DNA of 64,000 nucleotides from Acidobacteriota bacterium. Lineage in GTDB: Bacteria > Acidobacteriota > UBA890 > WLXD01. This document shows positions 9,792 through 20,304 of this stretch, one piece after another (positions within the stretch are counted from its first letter, which is position 1; each line of letters starts with the position of its first letter). The translations under genes and the position numbers were made by a program. The notes under the pieces are model-generated. The model saw only the letters and a list, made by a program, of their open reading frames with translations, did no database searches and was not told the DNA's origin. The stretch covers positions 1,440,001 through 1,504,000 of the forward strand of contig CAXWPL010000005.1 of NCBI GenBank assembly GCA_963666215.2, read 5' to 3'.

Positions 9792-11615
9792 ATGGGAGTG
9801 AAGACTGTAGCGCTGTGCCTGCTTCTGTCGCTGGCAATCACTCTGACTCTCGGGGGGCTGGCGTTCGCCCAAGAAAGCTCACCTCGATCGGCCTTCTTCG
9901 GCGACATCCACATCCACACCATGTATTCGCTCGACGCTTTCATGGCGAATGTGCGGACAACCCCGGATGATGCCTATCGCTTCGCCAAGGGCGAGGCGAT
10001 CGCACATCCTGCCGGCAAGATGTTGCGGCTCTCCGGGCCGCCGCTCGATTTTCTGATGGTCAGCGATCATGCCGGCTATCTGGGAGTGTTCGCCGGATTC
10101 TCAGACCCGCGCAGCCCGAACTACAACCACCCGGCGAAATCGCAGCCGCCGCCTGCCGTTCAGCAGCTCATCCGCGAGGGCAGCGAGCTCGGAGGCCCGG
10201 CGGTCATAGGCGACGCCTGGCAGCGCGAGATCGAAGCCGCGGAGAGGCACAACGATCCCGGAAAGTTCACCACCTTCATCGGCTATGAGTACTCCGCATG
10301 GACGGGGCCTTCTTCCGCCAGGATGAGCCCCTCACCTGGGAGTCGTCATATGCACCGCAACGTGGTCTTCCGCAGCAGTAATGTTCCGAAGCTTCCCTTC
10401 AGCCGTCGCGATTCCGCCGATCCGGAAGACCTTTGGGACTGGCTCGATCAGCTACGCGCCGAGGGTATCGAGGCGCTCGCGGTACCCCACAATATGAACC
10501 AGAGCGACGGAATCGCCTTCCCCCTGACGACCTGGAAGGGCGGCCCGATCACCAAGGAGTTCGCGAAAAAGCGTATGCGCAACGAGCCGATCGCCGAGAT
10601 CACCCAGAAGAAGGGGACCTCGGAGGTACATCCCTCGCTGTCGCCCAACGACGAATGGGCCGATTTCCAGATCGTGCAGTACTACTTGGATCGAGTGAAC
10701 AACAAGGATCCGATCTCGATCTTCAAAGGCGGTTACTGGCGCGACGCGCTCAAGACCGGTCTCGAGATGGAGGCAAAGAGTGGCTTCAATCCCTATCAGC
10801 AGGGTGCGATCGGGTCGAGCGATTCCCATGTGAGCGCGGGCTCCTACGAGGAGGACAACCGCTTCGACGGTCGAGCCGACACACCCTATTCACGCTTCTC
10901 GGCCTATACCCCTGAGCAGGGAGGCTGGGACGGGTTCTACACCCACCGCCGCGCAACCCACGCAACCGGGGGGTTGGCGGGAGTCTGGGCGGAAGAGAAT
11001 ACCCGTTCGTCGATCTACGATGCGATGCGACGTCGAGAGACCTTCGCGACCTCGGGCCCACGAATCCGGGTCCGCCTCTTCGGAGGCTTCGATCTGCGTG
11101 GGCGGCTCGATGGCTCCTCGGATGCGGCCTCGAGAGCCTACGCGCACGGAGTGCCGATGGGCGGCGTTCTCTCCGGCAGCTTCAAAGGCGCACCGAGCTT
11201 ACTGGTGTGGGCGCTACGCGATCTGGATGCCGGCTGGCTGCAGCGAGTACAGATCGTCAAGGGCTGGGTCGAGAATGGCGAAGCGCAGGAGAAGATTTAC
11301 GACGTGGCTTGTTCGGACGGCCTCGAGCCCGATCCCCAGACCCACCGCTGCCCCGATAACGGGGCCAGAGTGGATCTGAGCGACTGCTCGATAAGCCGCG
11401 ACAAAGGAGCGGTGGAGCTGGATGCGGAGTGGACCGATCCGAGCTTCGATCCCAGCCAGCTGGCTTTCTATTACGCCCGCGTGCTGCAGAACCCCTCCTG
11501 CCGTTGGTCGACCTGGGACGCTGTGCGGCTGGGTATCGAGCCCAATCCCGAGCTCGCCAAGATCATTCAGGAACGGGCGTGGAGCTCGCCGATCTGGTAT
11601 CGGCCGGACCCTTGA
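9792..11615 (+). CDS. DUF3604 (PHP-like) exported metallohydrolase 1
   Basis: RBS GGAGG, signal peptide, GDIHIHT, SDH, HRNV, GSSDSH, TSGPRI, QERAWSSPIWY. Confidence 0.88.
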   Translation: MGVKTVALCLLLSLAITLTLGGLAFAQESSPRSAFFGDIHIHTMYSLDAFMANVRTTPDDAYRFAKGEAIAHPAGKMLRLSGPPLDFLMVSDHAGYLGVFAGFSDPRSPNYNHPAKSQPPPAVQQLIREGSELGGPAVIGDAWQREIEAAERHNDPGKFTTFIGYEYSAWTGPSSARMSPSPGSRHMHRNVVFRSSNVPKLPFSRRDSADPEDLWDWLDQLRAEGIEALAVPHNMNQSDGIAFPLTTWKGGPITKEFAKKRMRNEPIAEITQKKGTSEVHPSLSPNDEWADFQIVQYYLDRVNNKDPISIFKGGYWRDALKTGLEMEAKSGFNPYQQGAIGSSDSHVSAGSYEEDNRFDGRADTPYSRFSAYTPEQGGWDGFYTHRRATHATGGLAGVWAEENTRSSIYDAMRRRETFATSGPRIRVRLFGGFDLRGRLDGSSDAASRAYAHGVPMGGVLSGSFKGAPSLLVWALRDLDAGWLQRVQIVKGWVENGEAQEKIYDVACSDGLEPDPQTHRCPDNGARVDLSDCSISRDKGAVELDAEWTDPSFDPSQLAFYYARVLQNPSCRWSTWDAVRLGIEPNPELAKIIQERAWSSPIWYRPDP

Positions 11616-11666
11616 TCAGGCGTGGGATTCCCCACTGCAAGGACTACGAGCCAGCGGTCCCCGCCC

Positions 11667-11905
11667 ATGCTTTTTCAAGCGGGGAGGGCATCTCTTCGTA
11701 GTTCTCGCTCTCTTGTTCGGCTGCGCCGCCCCGTCTGATCGAGAAGATCCGCTGGGAGCAGAGCTACGCCGCGAGGTCGAGCGCTTCATGGCCGAAGGGC
11801 TCGAGGTCGCGACGACGGCGGCGAGCCTGGAGCAAAGGAGCGATCTACTGTGGCGGTGGGGCAATGCCTGGGCCCTCGCCGGCCACGAGCTGCCGGCTCA
11901 GCTCT
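11667..11905 (+). pseudogene. N-terminal fragment of a lipoprotein resembling the 33067-35652 protein
   Basis: LLFGC lipobox; LWRWGNAWA versus LWEWGNAYA. Confidence 0.5.
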
Positions 11906-12884
11906 GGCCACTTCCTGTCCAAAATAGCCAGTGTAGATCTGGTATTGATGCCGAGCAATATCGGTAGGGACTCGAATGCTAGTGGCGTCGAGAACCTGCA
12001 CATTGCTGACAGTTTCCCCGTCACAGATCACGACGGCTTCTGCTGCATTCGGCAGGTTGGTGATCTGCAAGGTCGTTGCCTGTCCGGCCACACTGCGATC
12101 GGCGACGTAGGTGCCGATGTTCAGCACCCCGATGTCCTTGTCGTTCCACGCCGTGTCGACACCGAGGCTGGGGTAGTCCACTCCTTCGAGCGTTGGAGCG
12201 GTGAACTTGTCCAGGTGCTTGACCTTGAAGGCATCGATCCAACTCCCCTCGGCGATTTCGCTCATCATCAACTGGGCGGTGCCTATACCCCGAGGCCAGG
12301 GTTCGTCGTAGTTGAACCACCAGCCGAACTTCTCCATGCCGTCGCCAAACCATCGGGGTTCAAAATCGCGCTCGGCCGCCGCGCTCAGGCGCACGACAGC
12401 GGTGTGATCACCGAGTGCCCTGGCCATCACCAGGGCGAGTGCATGGGGTTGAATCTCGCGCTTGGGGTCGTGCCAGCCGTTGGTCTCCGCTGCGGCCTCG
12501 TAGATCTGAGTCGCTAGTTCAGGCGACTGCGGCATGAGATAGAACGCAGTACCCACACCGGCGCCGGCCCTCCCGGGCAGGTTGACTTTGAACTTCTCGA
12601 GAGGGTCGTAGTACATGGTGATCCACTCGATCTGGTTCTGGCCATTGACGCTCATGTAGTTGTCCTTCATGAACTCGATCCAATTCTCGAACCTGCCAAA
12701 TGAAGCGCAACCAGCCCTGGGTGCGTTCGTTGTGTTTCGGGTAGAAGTTCGGCGCGAACCTGGGCGTGCCCGAAGAGACACGACTTTGCGACACGCCAAC
12801 CGAGGCACCCAGAGATGCGGCACCGCCTGCTATTGCAACACTCTTCAGGAAGTTACGCCTGGTTCTGCCTTGCGACCGCGACAT
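11900..12884 (-). pseudogene. Tat-exported linalool dehydratase/isomerase-like protein, internally deleted
   Basis: TRRNFLK signal, GWLRFIW, junction ~12690, then FEPRWFG..FGWWF..EPWPRG, PTLEGVDYP. Confidence 0.55.
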
Positions 12885-12895
12885 GCCTCCACCTC

Positions 12896-12992
12896 CTAGG
12901 TCACCCGAATATTCTGACACGCGGGCGGTGAGGGATTTGCGGCCAAGCCGTCAGCCCAAAGGGCTGATCGCGCACGCCCAGAATCCCGTTGG
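12896..12992 (+). repeat. ~95 bp repeat or MITE end (partner 15411-15504)
   Basis: TAGG(TG)YCACCCGAATA..CTGACAC...TCAGCCC-RAA-GGGCTGA hairpin...GCCCAGAATC. Confidence 0.75.
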
Positions 12993-13206
12993 ATTTCACT
13001 GCCTCTGCGCCTCATCTTCCGACCCGGCGTTGTACGATCATTCTCTCCAGTGATTACCGGGTCGACGAAGCCGAGGCCGCAGGTCACTGCGGTCGGGCGT
13101 CGCGAACCGGGCGACGATCAACGGCGGATCGCGGACGCTTTCGCGCGCCTCGTAAACCGCCTCGCGGCCACTCAAGACGGCCGTCGGACACTGCTGGATC
13201 ATCGTC

Positions 13207-14250
13207 ATGCGCATCAACTACACCAGACTCGCGTTGCTCCTTCTCGTCATCGCGGCCCCCGGCGTCGCGGCCCAGCCGCCCCCGAATCCCTATCGTCTCG
13301 TCGAGGACTGGCCACAGCTCCCAACGACGATGAACGGCGGCGAGTGGGGGGAGACGATCGGCGTCGATCGTGATCACGACGGGAACATCTGGGTCTTTCA
13401 CCGGTGCTTCAACGATGAGCCGGCCGGCGCAGCCACCTGTGTCGGCAGGGACGATGATCCACCGATCCTGAAGTTCCATCCGTCCGGCGAGCTGCTCGAT
13501 AGCTGGGGCGAAGGTCGCTTCGCGGCACCGCACGGGTTTCACATCGACCCGGAGGGGAACCTCTGGGCGACCGACTACAACGGCAGCGAGACCGTGCTCG
13601 GTCTGTCGGCCGGCGGCCGCGGGCATCAGGTGTTCAAGTTCAGCCCGACGGGCGAGCTGCTGCTGACGCTGGGTCAAGCGGGGGTCGCGGGGAACGGACC
13701 GGACACCTTCGACCGGCCGTCCGATGTCGCGGTCGCCGACAATGGGGACATCTTCGTGACCGATGGCCACGGGCCCAACAACCGGGTCGTGAAGTTCGCG
13801 AAGGACGGGCGGTTCATCACGACCTGGGGAGGGCCAGGCGACGGACCCGGCGAGTTCAACCAACCGCACACCCTGTCGCTGGATACGCAAGGACGCGTGT
13901 TCGTCGGGGATCGATCGAACAGCCGTATTCAGATCTTCGAGCCCGACGGCACGTTCGTCGCTGAATGGAAACAGTTCGGTCGGCCGAGCGGCATGTTCAT
14001 CGACGAGGACGACATCTTGTATGTCACCGACTCGACGTCGAATTCGAGAAACAACCCCGGCTTCAACCGCGGGATCTACATCGGCAGCGCGAGGGATGGC
14101 TCGGTCACCGCCTACATTGCGGATCCCGATCTCGACCAACAGGAAGTGCGTGGCATCTCGGGGGCGTCGGGCATCACCGCGGATCGCGCTGGCAACGTCT
14201 ACGCAGCCGACGTCGGCCCAAAACGGATACGGAAATACGTCAAGCCCTGA
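13207..14250 (+). CDS. NHL-repeat / peptidyl-alpha-hydroxyglycine lyase (PAL)-like exported protein
   Basis: Signal peptide; PHG, FDRPSDVAV, DGHGPNNRVVKF, FNQPH, DRSNSRIQIF. Confidence 0.85.
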   Translation: MRINYTRLALLLLVIAAPGVAAQPPPNPYRLVEDWPQLPTTMNGGEWGETIGVDRDHDGNIWVFHRCFNDEPAGAATCVGRDDDPPILKFHPSGELLDSWGEGRFAAPHGFHIDPEGNLWATDYNGSETVLGLSAGGRGHQVFKFSPTGELLLTLGQAGVAGNGPDTFDRPSDVAVADNGDIFVTDGHGPNNRVVKFAKDGRFITTWGGPGDGPGEFNQPHTLSLDTQGRVFVGDRSNSRIQIFEPDGTFVAEWKQFGRPSGMFIDEDDILYVTDSTSNSRNNPGFNRGIYIGSARDGSVTAYIADPDLDQQEVRGISGASGITADRAGNVYAADVGPKRIRKYVKP

Positions 14251-14307
14251 TGGTCCGTCCAGAACCCTGAGCCGGGTGCGCTACACTCGCCGGCACTGGA
14301 GGCCAGA

Positions 14308-15414
14308 ATGCTCGCAAAACAGCTAACGACACTCGCTGCACTCACGCTTCTCGCCGCCGCGTGCGGGTCGCCGCCGTCCGCCACCGAGGCGCCCGCCGCC
14401 GAGATGGACGTCCTGCAGCCACCGCCTGGGGTCGACATCGACCGCGCCTATGCTCCCGGTCAGGTGGTCGATGCGCAGGGGCTGGCCGGTTGGTATCCGC
14501 ACGAAGGCGGGTTGATGGAGTATCGCGTTGCGATCCGCTTCGGTCTGGAGCCGAACACGATGCCGGACGGCTGGACCTTCGGCCGAGTGTCCGCCGTGGC
14601 GACCGACTCCAGCGGTCAGGTCTTCGTGTTTCATCGCGGCGACGTCGCCGATCCGATCATCGTCTTCGATGCCAAAGGCAACTACCTGCGGTCCTTCGGG
14701 CGCGATCTGGACTTCGGCAACGAGCACGGGCTGCGCATCGACCGCTATGACAACGTCTGGGTCACGGACAACGGCGACCATCAGGTGATGAAGTTCACCA
14801 ACGATGGCGAGCTGCTCATGACGCTCGGCACCAAAGGAGAGGCTGGCACCACCGACGACACCTTCGATCGTCCGGCAGATATCGCCTTCGGTCCCGACGA
14901 CGAGCTCTACGTCGCCGATGGGTATGGCAACAGCCGGGTGGTCAAGTTCGACGCCGAGGGGAATTTCGTCACGACGTGGGGCACGCCTGGCTCAGCCCCC
15001 GGCGAGTTCGACCTCGTGCACTCGATCGCTGTGGACTCCCGGGGGCGCGTGTATGCCAGCGACCGCGAGAACAACCGGATCCAGATCTTCGATGAGAACG
15101 GCGAGCTCCTGAGGATGTGGACTCATCTCGGGGCGACCCAGAACATCTTCATCACACCTGACGACCAGGTGTGGGTCATCACCCACCGCGACAACGTCGA
15201 GAACATCACCTACGACACACTCGCCGGCCGGATCATGCGGGTCGACATCGAGACGGGTGAAGTCATCGGTGCCATGGAGAGCCCCGGGCACTGGATTGAC
15301 GTCGCCGCCAGTGGCGAGATCTTCATCGGGAGTCTTACCGGTAACGTGTTCCGATGGTACGAAGGCTGGATGGAGACCGAGGAAGCGGCGCAGGCGGAAC
15401 GGCCGGCTGCTTAG
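14308..15414 (+). CDS. NHL-repeat PAL-like lipoprotein
   Basis: LAAAC lipobox; FDRPADIAF, ADGYGNSRVVKF, DRENNRIQIF. Confidence 0.85.
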   Translation: MLAKQLTTLAALTLLAAACGSPPSATEAPAAEMDVLQPPPGVDIDRAYAPGQVVDAQGLAGWYPHEGGLMEYRVAIRFGLEPNTMPDGWTFGRVSAVATDSSGQVFVFHRGDVADPIIVFDAKGNYLRSFGRDLDFGNEHGLRIDRYDNVWVTDNGDHQVMKFTNDGELLMTLGTKGEAGTTDDTFDRPADIAFGPDDELYVADGYGNSRVVKFDAEGNFVTTWGTPGSAPGEFDLVHSIAVDSRGRVYASDRENNRIQIFDENGELLRMWTHLGATQNIFITPDDQVWVITHRDNVENITYDTLAGRIMRVDIETGEVIGAMESPGHWIDVAASGEIFIGSLTGNVFRWYEGWMETEEAAQAERPAA

Positions 15415-15504
15415 GTGCCACCCGAATACTCTGACACCCGGGCGAGGGATTTGCAGTCGAGCGGTCAGCCCGAAGGGCTGATCACGAACGCCCAGAATCG
15501 TTGG
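15411..15504 (+). repeat. Second copy of the ~95 bp repeat; begins at the NHL gene stop codon
   Basis: TTAGGTGCCACCCGAATACTCTGACAC...TCAGCCCGAAGGGCTGA. Confidence 0.75.
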
Positions 15505-15678
15505 GGCTACCTGCCCGCTCACGGGGTACCTCAACCCAAACGTTTTCTTGCTGGAACAAGCTCGGGCTCGAGGATGGCCGGCTCGCTGGCGCGAACACCA
15601 TGAGGCGATCAATTTCCAGGAAGCACCCCGGGTGATCGGGCTCGAGATATCGTATCAGCGGTGAGCAAGGAGGCTTTG

Positions 15679-17490
15679 ATGCGCATCCGTTCGAGTATCG
15701 TGTTGGGCCTGCTTTTGGCCGGGGCCCCCTGCGGGTCGCGTGCATCCGAGAGAGCGGCCTTCAAGAATGCCTACTTCGGCGACCTGCACGTGCACACCGC
15801 GATGTCGTTCGACGCCTTCATTTGGCATGTCAGGGGCACGCCGGATGATGCTTATCGCTTCGCGAAAGGCGAGGCGGTGCGCCATGCGTCCGGCGAGGTC
15901 ATGCGCCTGTCGGGTCCACCGCTGGACTTTCTGGCGGTCACGGATCATGCAGAGTACCTGGGTGTGATGGATAAGCTGACGGATCCCGACCATCCGTTCT
16001 CAAAGCTCCCCAGCGCGCGTCGGTTGATCAAGGATAGTCGGGAAGGAATTCAAGCTGCCTTTGACCTGGTTGCGGGACCGTTTGTTGCGGAAAGCCGGCC
16101 CGTCGAGGGCTTATGGGATCATGGGGTGATTCGCCAGAGTTGGCAGGAGGCGCAGGCCGCGGCCGACCGGCACTATGAGCCCGGCGTGTTCACCACGATC
16201 AAGGGGTTCGAGTACACGTCGTCGCCCACCGGCCATGGCAACCTGCACCGCAACGTGTTCTTTCGAACGGGGAAGGCGTCCGACACCGTGTTCAGCCTGT
16301 TCGACTCGCCCAACCCAGAGGATCTCTGGCGATGGCTGGACGAGCAGCGCTCCCGTGGCATCGAAGTTCTCGCCGTACCCCACAATCCGAACTGGAGCCG
16401 GAATTCGATGTTCGCTCGAGTGACGTATTCGGGCGAGCCGGTGGATGCCGAGTGGGCCGAGCGACGAGTGCGCAACGAGCCGCTGGTGGAGATCACGCAG
16501 ATCAAAGGCACATCCGAGACCAATCCCGCGCTCTCGCCCAACGATGAGTGGGCGGACTTCGCCCTGTACTTGGGCGACCGGAATGACCCGGCGCCCGCCA
16601 GCTACGTCCGCAGCGCACTACTGACCGGGCTGTCCCTGGCAGACGAGCTGGGGATCAACCCGTATCGGCTGGGGATCATCGGCTCGACGGATGCACACAA
16701 TGCGGCCTCCACGTTCGAGGAAGATGCGTTGTTCGGGTTCTTAGGGTTGAAGGACGGCACCGCCGAGTTGAGACAATCGGTGCCGCCGGACGGCGCGTCC
16801 GTCTGGCCCGAGGAAACAATCCCGCTCACGACCTCCGCCACGGTAGGAGCGAGTGGCCTGGCTGGCGTATGGGCGGAAGAAAATACCCGCGAGGCGATTT
16901 TCGACGCGCTCGCGCGTCGGGAGACGTTTGCCACCTCCGGACCGCACATCCGCGTCCGATTCTTCGGCGGGTACGGAGTCGCCAGCTTGATCAGTCGGCC
17001 AGACTTCGTAGAACAGGCATACCGGAAGGGCGTGCCCATGGGCGGCGAGCTGAAATCCGAGCGACGCCAAGCACCGGAGTTCCTGGTCTGGGCGGTGCGC
17101 GATCCGAACAGCACTTGGCTTCAGCGGGTGCAGATCGTGAAGGGCTGGCTGTCCGATGGCAAAACCCACGAACGGGTCTACGACGTCGGGTGCTCGGACG
17201 GCTTGCAGCCCGGTGAAACCCACCGGTGTCCGGACAACGGCGCCCAGGTGGATCTGCGGGACTGTTCGGTCTCTCGGCACTCGGGTGCGTCGGAGCTGCG
17301 TGTCGCCTGGCGGGATCCAGACTTCGAGCGCCGCCAGCCCGCTTTTTATTACGTGCGAGTATTGGAAAACCCCACCTGCCGGTGGTCCACTTGGGACTCC
17401 CTGCGAGCGGGCGTTGAACGGAATCCGCAACTACCGGCTACGATTCAGGAACGGGCCTGGTCCTCGCCCATCTGGTACTCGCCTCGATAA
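15679..17490 (+). CDS. DUF3604 metallohydrolase 2
   Basis: GDLHVHT, TDH, GSTDAH, QERAWSSPIWY. Confidence 0.88.
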   Translation: MRIRSSIVLGLLLAGAPCGSRASERAAFKNAYFGDLHVHTAMSFDAFIWHVRGTPDDAYRFAKGEAVRHASGEVMRLSGPPLDFLAVTDHAEYLGVMDKLTDPDHPFSKLPSARRLIKDSREGIQAAFDLVAGPFVAESRPVEGLWDHGVIRQSWQEAQAAADRHYEPGVFTTIKGFEYTSSPTGHGNLHRNVFFRTGKASDTVFSLFDSPNPEDLWRWLDEQRSRGIEVLAVPHNPNWSRNSMFARVTYSGEPVDAEWAERRVRNEPLVEITQIKGTSETNPALSPNDEWADFALYLGDRNDPAPASYVRSALLTGLSLADELGINPYRLGIIGSTDAHNAASTFEEDALFGFLGLKDGTAELRQSVPPDGASVWPEETIPLTTSATVGASGLAGVWAEENTREAIFDALARRETFATSGPHIRVRFFGGYGVASLISRPDFVEQAYRKGVPMGGELKSERRQAPEFLVWAVRDPNSTWLQRVQIVKGWLSDGKTHERVYDVGCSDGLQPGETHRCPDNGAQVDLRDCSVSRHSGASELRVAWRDPDFERRQPAFYYVRVLENPTCRWSTWDSLRAGVERNPQLPATIQERAWSSPIWYSPR

Positions 17491-17539
17491 CATCTCGAGG
17501 GGATAGACGGGGCGCGCGGGGCCGGCTATTGCGTGGAAA

Positions 17540-19276
17540 TCAGTCCGCCTCGGGCAGAGCGAAGACCCAGAGCACCCCGCCGAAGGGGATGTAGGTCTTG
17601 GTACCGAGAAATCGATCGATGCCGCGCATCCCACGCTGGGCATCGACTCCCCAGCCCGATTGGACGGCGACGTACTGTGTACCGTCGATCTCGTAGGACG
17701 AGGGCACTCCGGTAATCCCCGAGTTGGTGCGCTGCCGCCAGAGGATGTCGCCCGTGGTGGCGTCGAAAGCACGGAAGTATCGGTCGCCGGTACCGCCCAT
17801 GAATACGAGACCCCCTCCCGTGGTGAGTACCGGCCCCCACAGCTGGAGCTCGAACTCCGTGGTCCACACCTTCTTGCCGGCATTGAGATCCCAGGCCTGG
17901 AGCTCTCCGATGTGATCCCAGCCCTCGCGCAGAGAAGATCTCCCGCCCGACCCGCTCGGCAGACGGGGGCAGCAGCCGGTGAAAACGCGGCCGGGGCGGT
18001 ACTCGACCTCCTCGCCTTCCAAGGTGGAACACGTGTTCTCGTTGGCGGGAATGTAGAGCAGGCCCGTCTTCGGGTTGTAGGCCGCGGGCGGCCAGTTCTT
18101 GCCGCCAGCCACGCCCGGACAGGTGAGCGCCGATTTGCCGGTACCGGGCGTGTGCTCGGGGTCGTAAGAGGGGCGCCCGGTCTTCGCGTCGATCGAAGCG
18201 AACGCATTCTGGTAGACGTAGGCAGTTGCATCGATGAAGCCGATGGACTTCTTCTTGCGCTCGAGGATCCAGAGGTAGCCGTTGCGGCCGGGGTGAACGA
18301 GCGCCTTACGTGTGCGACCGCCACGCTTCACATCCAGCAGCATTGGGGGGTCGACCTCGTCCCAGTCCCAGGAGCCGTTCCAGTGATATTGGTGATGGCC
18401 TCGCAGCTTGCCCGAGTCGGCATCGAGAGCGATGACCGAGGTGGCGTAGAGGTTGTCGCCCGGACGGGCGTCGCCCATCCAGGGACCTCCGTTGCCGGTG
18501 CCCCAGTAGGTCAGGTTTAGCTTCGGATCATAGGTGCCGGTGACCCAGACCGGGGCACCTCCGGTGCGCCAGGTCTCGCCCGGCCAGCTCTTGTGCCCGC
18601 GCTCGCCGGGGCCGGGAATGGTGTAGGTCTTCCACACTTCGTCCCCGGACTCGGCGTCGAGGGCGGTGACGAATCCGCGGATGCCCCACTCTCCGCCAGA
18701 AACGCCGACCATGATCTTGCCGTTGATCGCCAGCGGCGCCATGGTCATGTAGTAGCCGACGGAGTAGTCCTCCACCGCCTTTTCCCACACCACCTCACCG
18801 GTCGTCGCTTCCAGTGCGACGACGAAGGCATCGACTGTCGCGACATAGACCTTGTCTTGCCACAGCGCCACGCCCCGGTTGGTGGGGTGCATCTGCTGCA
18901 GGTCTTCGGGCAGGTCGCGCACGTAGCGCCACAGTGAATTGCCGGTACGCGCGTCGAGAGCGATGATGCGGCTGCCCGGAGTGGTGATGAACATGATGCC
19001 GTCGTTGACGATGGGCGGTGACTGGTGTCCCTCGTTCGCGCTGGTGGAGAAGGTCCACAGCGGAGCGAGCGAAGCTACGTTGGAGGTGTCGATCTGCTCC
19101 AGGGGGCTGTAGCCCCAACCGTCGTAGGTGCGGCGATACATGAGCCAGTTCTCGGGCTCGGGCTCGAGCAGCCTCTCTTGGGTGACCGGACGGTAGGCCG
19201 GTGCATCCTGGGCGGCGAGGGCCGCCGGGACGACCAGGGTGGCAATGAGCACGAGGATTCTGCTGGAACGAAGCAT
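17540..19276 (-). CDS. PQQ-dependent dehydrogenase, copy 2
   Basis: Near-identical to 502-2259; loop FTGCCPRLPSG. Confidence 0.92.
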   Translation of the reverse strand: MLRSSRILVLIATLVVPAALAAQDAPAYRPVTQERLLEPEPENWLMYRRTYDGWGYSPLEQIDTSNVASLAPLWTFSTSANEGHQSPPIVNDGIMFITTPGSRIIALDARTGNSLWRYVRDLPEDLQQMHPTNRGVALWQDKVYVATVDAFVVALEATTGEVVWEKAVEDYSVGYYMTMAPLAINGKIMVGVSGGEWGIRGFVTALDAESGDEVWKTYTIPGPGERGHKSWPGETWRTGGAPVWVTGTYDPKLNLTYWGTGNGGPWMGDARPGDNLYATSVIALDADSGKLRGHHQYHWNGSWDWDEVDPPMLLDVKRGGRTRKALVHPGRNGYLWILERKKKSIGFIDATAYVYQNAFASIDAKTGRPSYDPEHTPGTGKSALTCPGVAGGKNWPPAAYNPKTGLLYIPANENTCSTLEGEEVEYRPGRVFTGCCPRLPSGSGGRSSLREGWDHIGELQAWDLNAGKKVWTTEFELQLWGPVLTTGGGLVFMGGTGDRYFRAFDATTGDILWRQRTNSGITGVPSSYEIDGTQYVAVQSGWGVDAQRGMRGIDRFLGTKTYIPFGGVLWVFALPEAD

Positions 19277-19848
19277 CAGAGCTCCTTTTGGAAACGGATC
19301 TTGCCGCTGAAGCTGCCGGCAGCGATGAGGGTCCCATCCTCCTGCTTGAGGGGAAGGTAGGGAAGCCTCCGCGGCGCCGGGCCGGAGATTACCACAGCGC
19401 TGTTGCGCGGATCGAACTCGGTCTCGTGACAGGAGCAGAGCATGTAGCGTGTCCCGTCGTCCCACATCGAAATATCACATCCGGTGTGGGTGCAAATCCC
19501 CGAGTAGGCAACGACTCCCTCGGCCGAGACCGCTCGCGTCTCCTCGGCGAGCTCTTCGGGATCGAAGCGAAGCACGAGTACCTGATTGAGCCGCGAGCCA
19601 TCTCGCACCACTCCGCTGTTCGGGTCCTTGGCGTAGCAGGTCACCTGCTCGCCGTTCGGCTCGAGATCGGCGATTCTGACCGTCTCTCCCTGCTTGTCTC
19701 CGAAGGCGTAGACGAGGAAGTCGCCTTCTTGCGGACGCGCCTTTCGCGCCGCCTCCTCGTCCTGGGCATGCGCACGTCCGACCCCGCGCAGGCCCAGCAA
19801 GAACGCGAGCGTCGACTTGAAGAGGGTACGGCGATCTCTCGGCTTCAT
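19276..19848 (-). CDS. Tat-exported Rieske protein, copy 2
   Basis: Two amino-acid differences from copy 1 (I/V, T/S). Confidence 0.92.
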   Translation of the reverse strand: MKPRDRRTLFKSTLAFLLGLRGVGRAHAQDEEAARKARPQEGDFLVYAFGDKQGETVRIADLEPNGEQVTCYAKDPNSGVVRDGSRLNQVLVLRFDPEELAEETRAVSAEGVVAYSGICTHTGCDISMWDDGTRYMLCSCHETEFDPRNSAVVISGPAPRRLPYLPLKQEDGTLIAAGSFSGKIRFQKEL

Positions 19849-19869
19849 TGCAGAAGCTGGAGCCTATCT

Positions 19870-20304
19870 CACAGCGCGTGCGGTGACGCCTACTCTCTGC
19901 AGCGCCTCGACGAAGGGCGCCGCCTGCCGGGCCACGTCGGCTCGACCGTCGGAGTGAACGACGAGGAAGGGAGGCGTCGTGCCGTCGGGGCCCAAGTGAT
20001 GGATAGGTGAAACGGCGTTCCAGGCGGCGGGGTCCTCGCCGAAGACCCGCCGCATCATCTCGCCAAAAGTGCTCGCCGGATCAGTCTCTTCGATGATTCG
20101 CTCTACGTTGTAGGGGCCGGTCGCGAGAGAGATGACCCCGGCGATGGTTGCCGGGGCGATATTCTGCTCGGTGAGGAATGCCGTGTTGGTGCCGACGACC
20201 GAGACCAGATGTGCGCCGGACCAGCCCATGAGGAAGATGCGCGATGGGTCGCCGCCGTAGTCAGCGGCATTATCGTGAAGCCACCGCGTAGCTCGGGCAA
20301 TGTC
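19870..20304 (-). pseudogene. Alpha/beta hydrolase (esterase) internal fragment
   Basis: WLHDNAADYGGDPSRIFLMGWS.GAHL, SPIHHL..PPFLVVH. Confidence 0.65.

Noticed and set aside
502-19276. Diversity-generating retroelement (RT plus near-identical repeats)
   Set aside because: The RT lies inside a group II ribozyme and differences between PQQ copies are not adenine-specific (for example TTT/TGG and an indel-containing loop).
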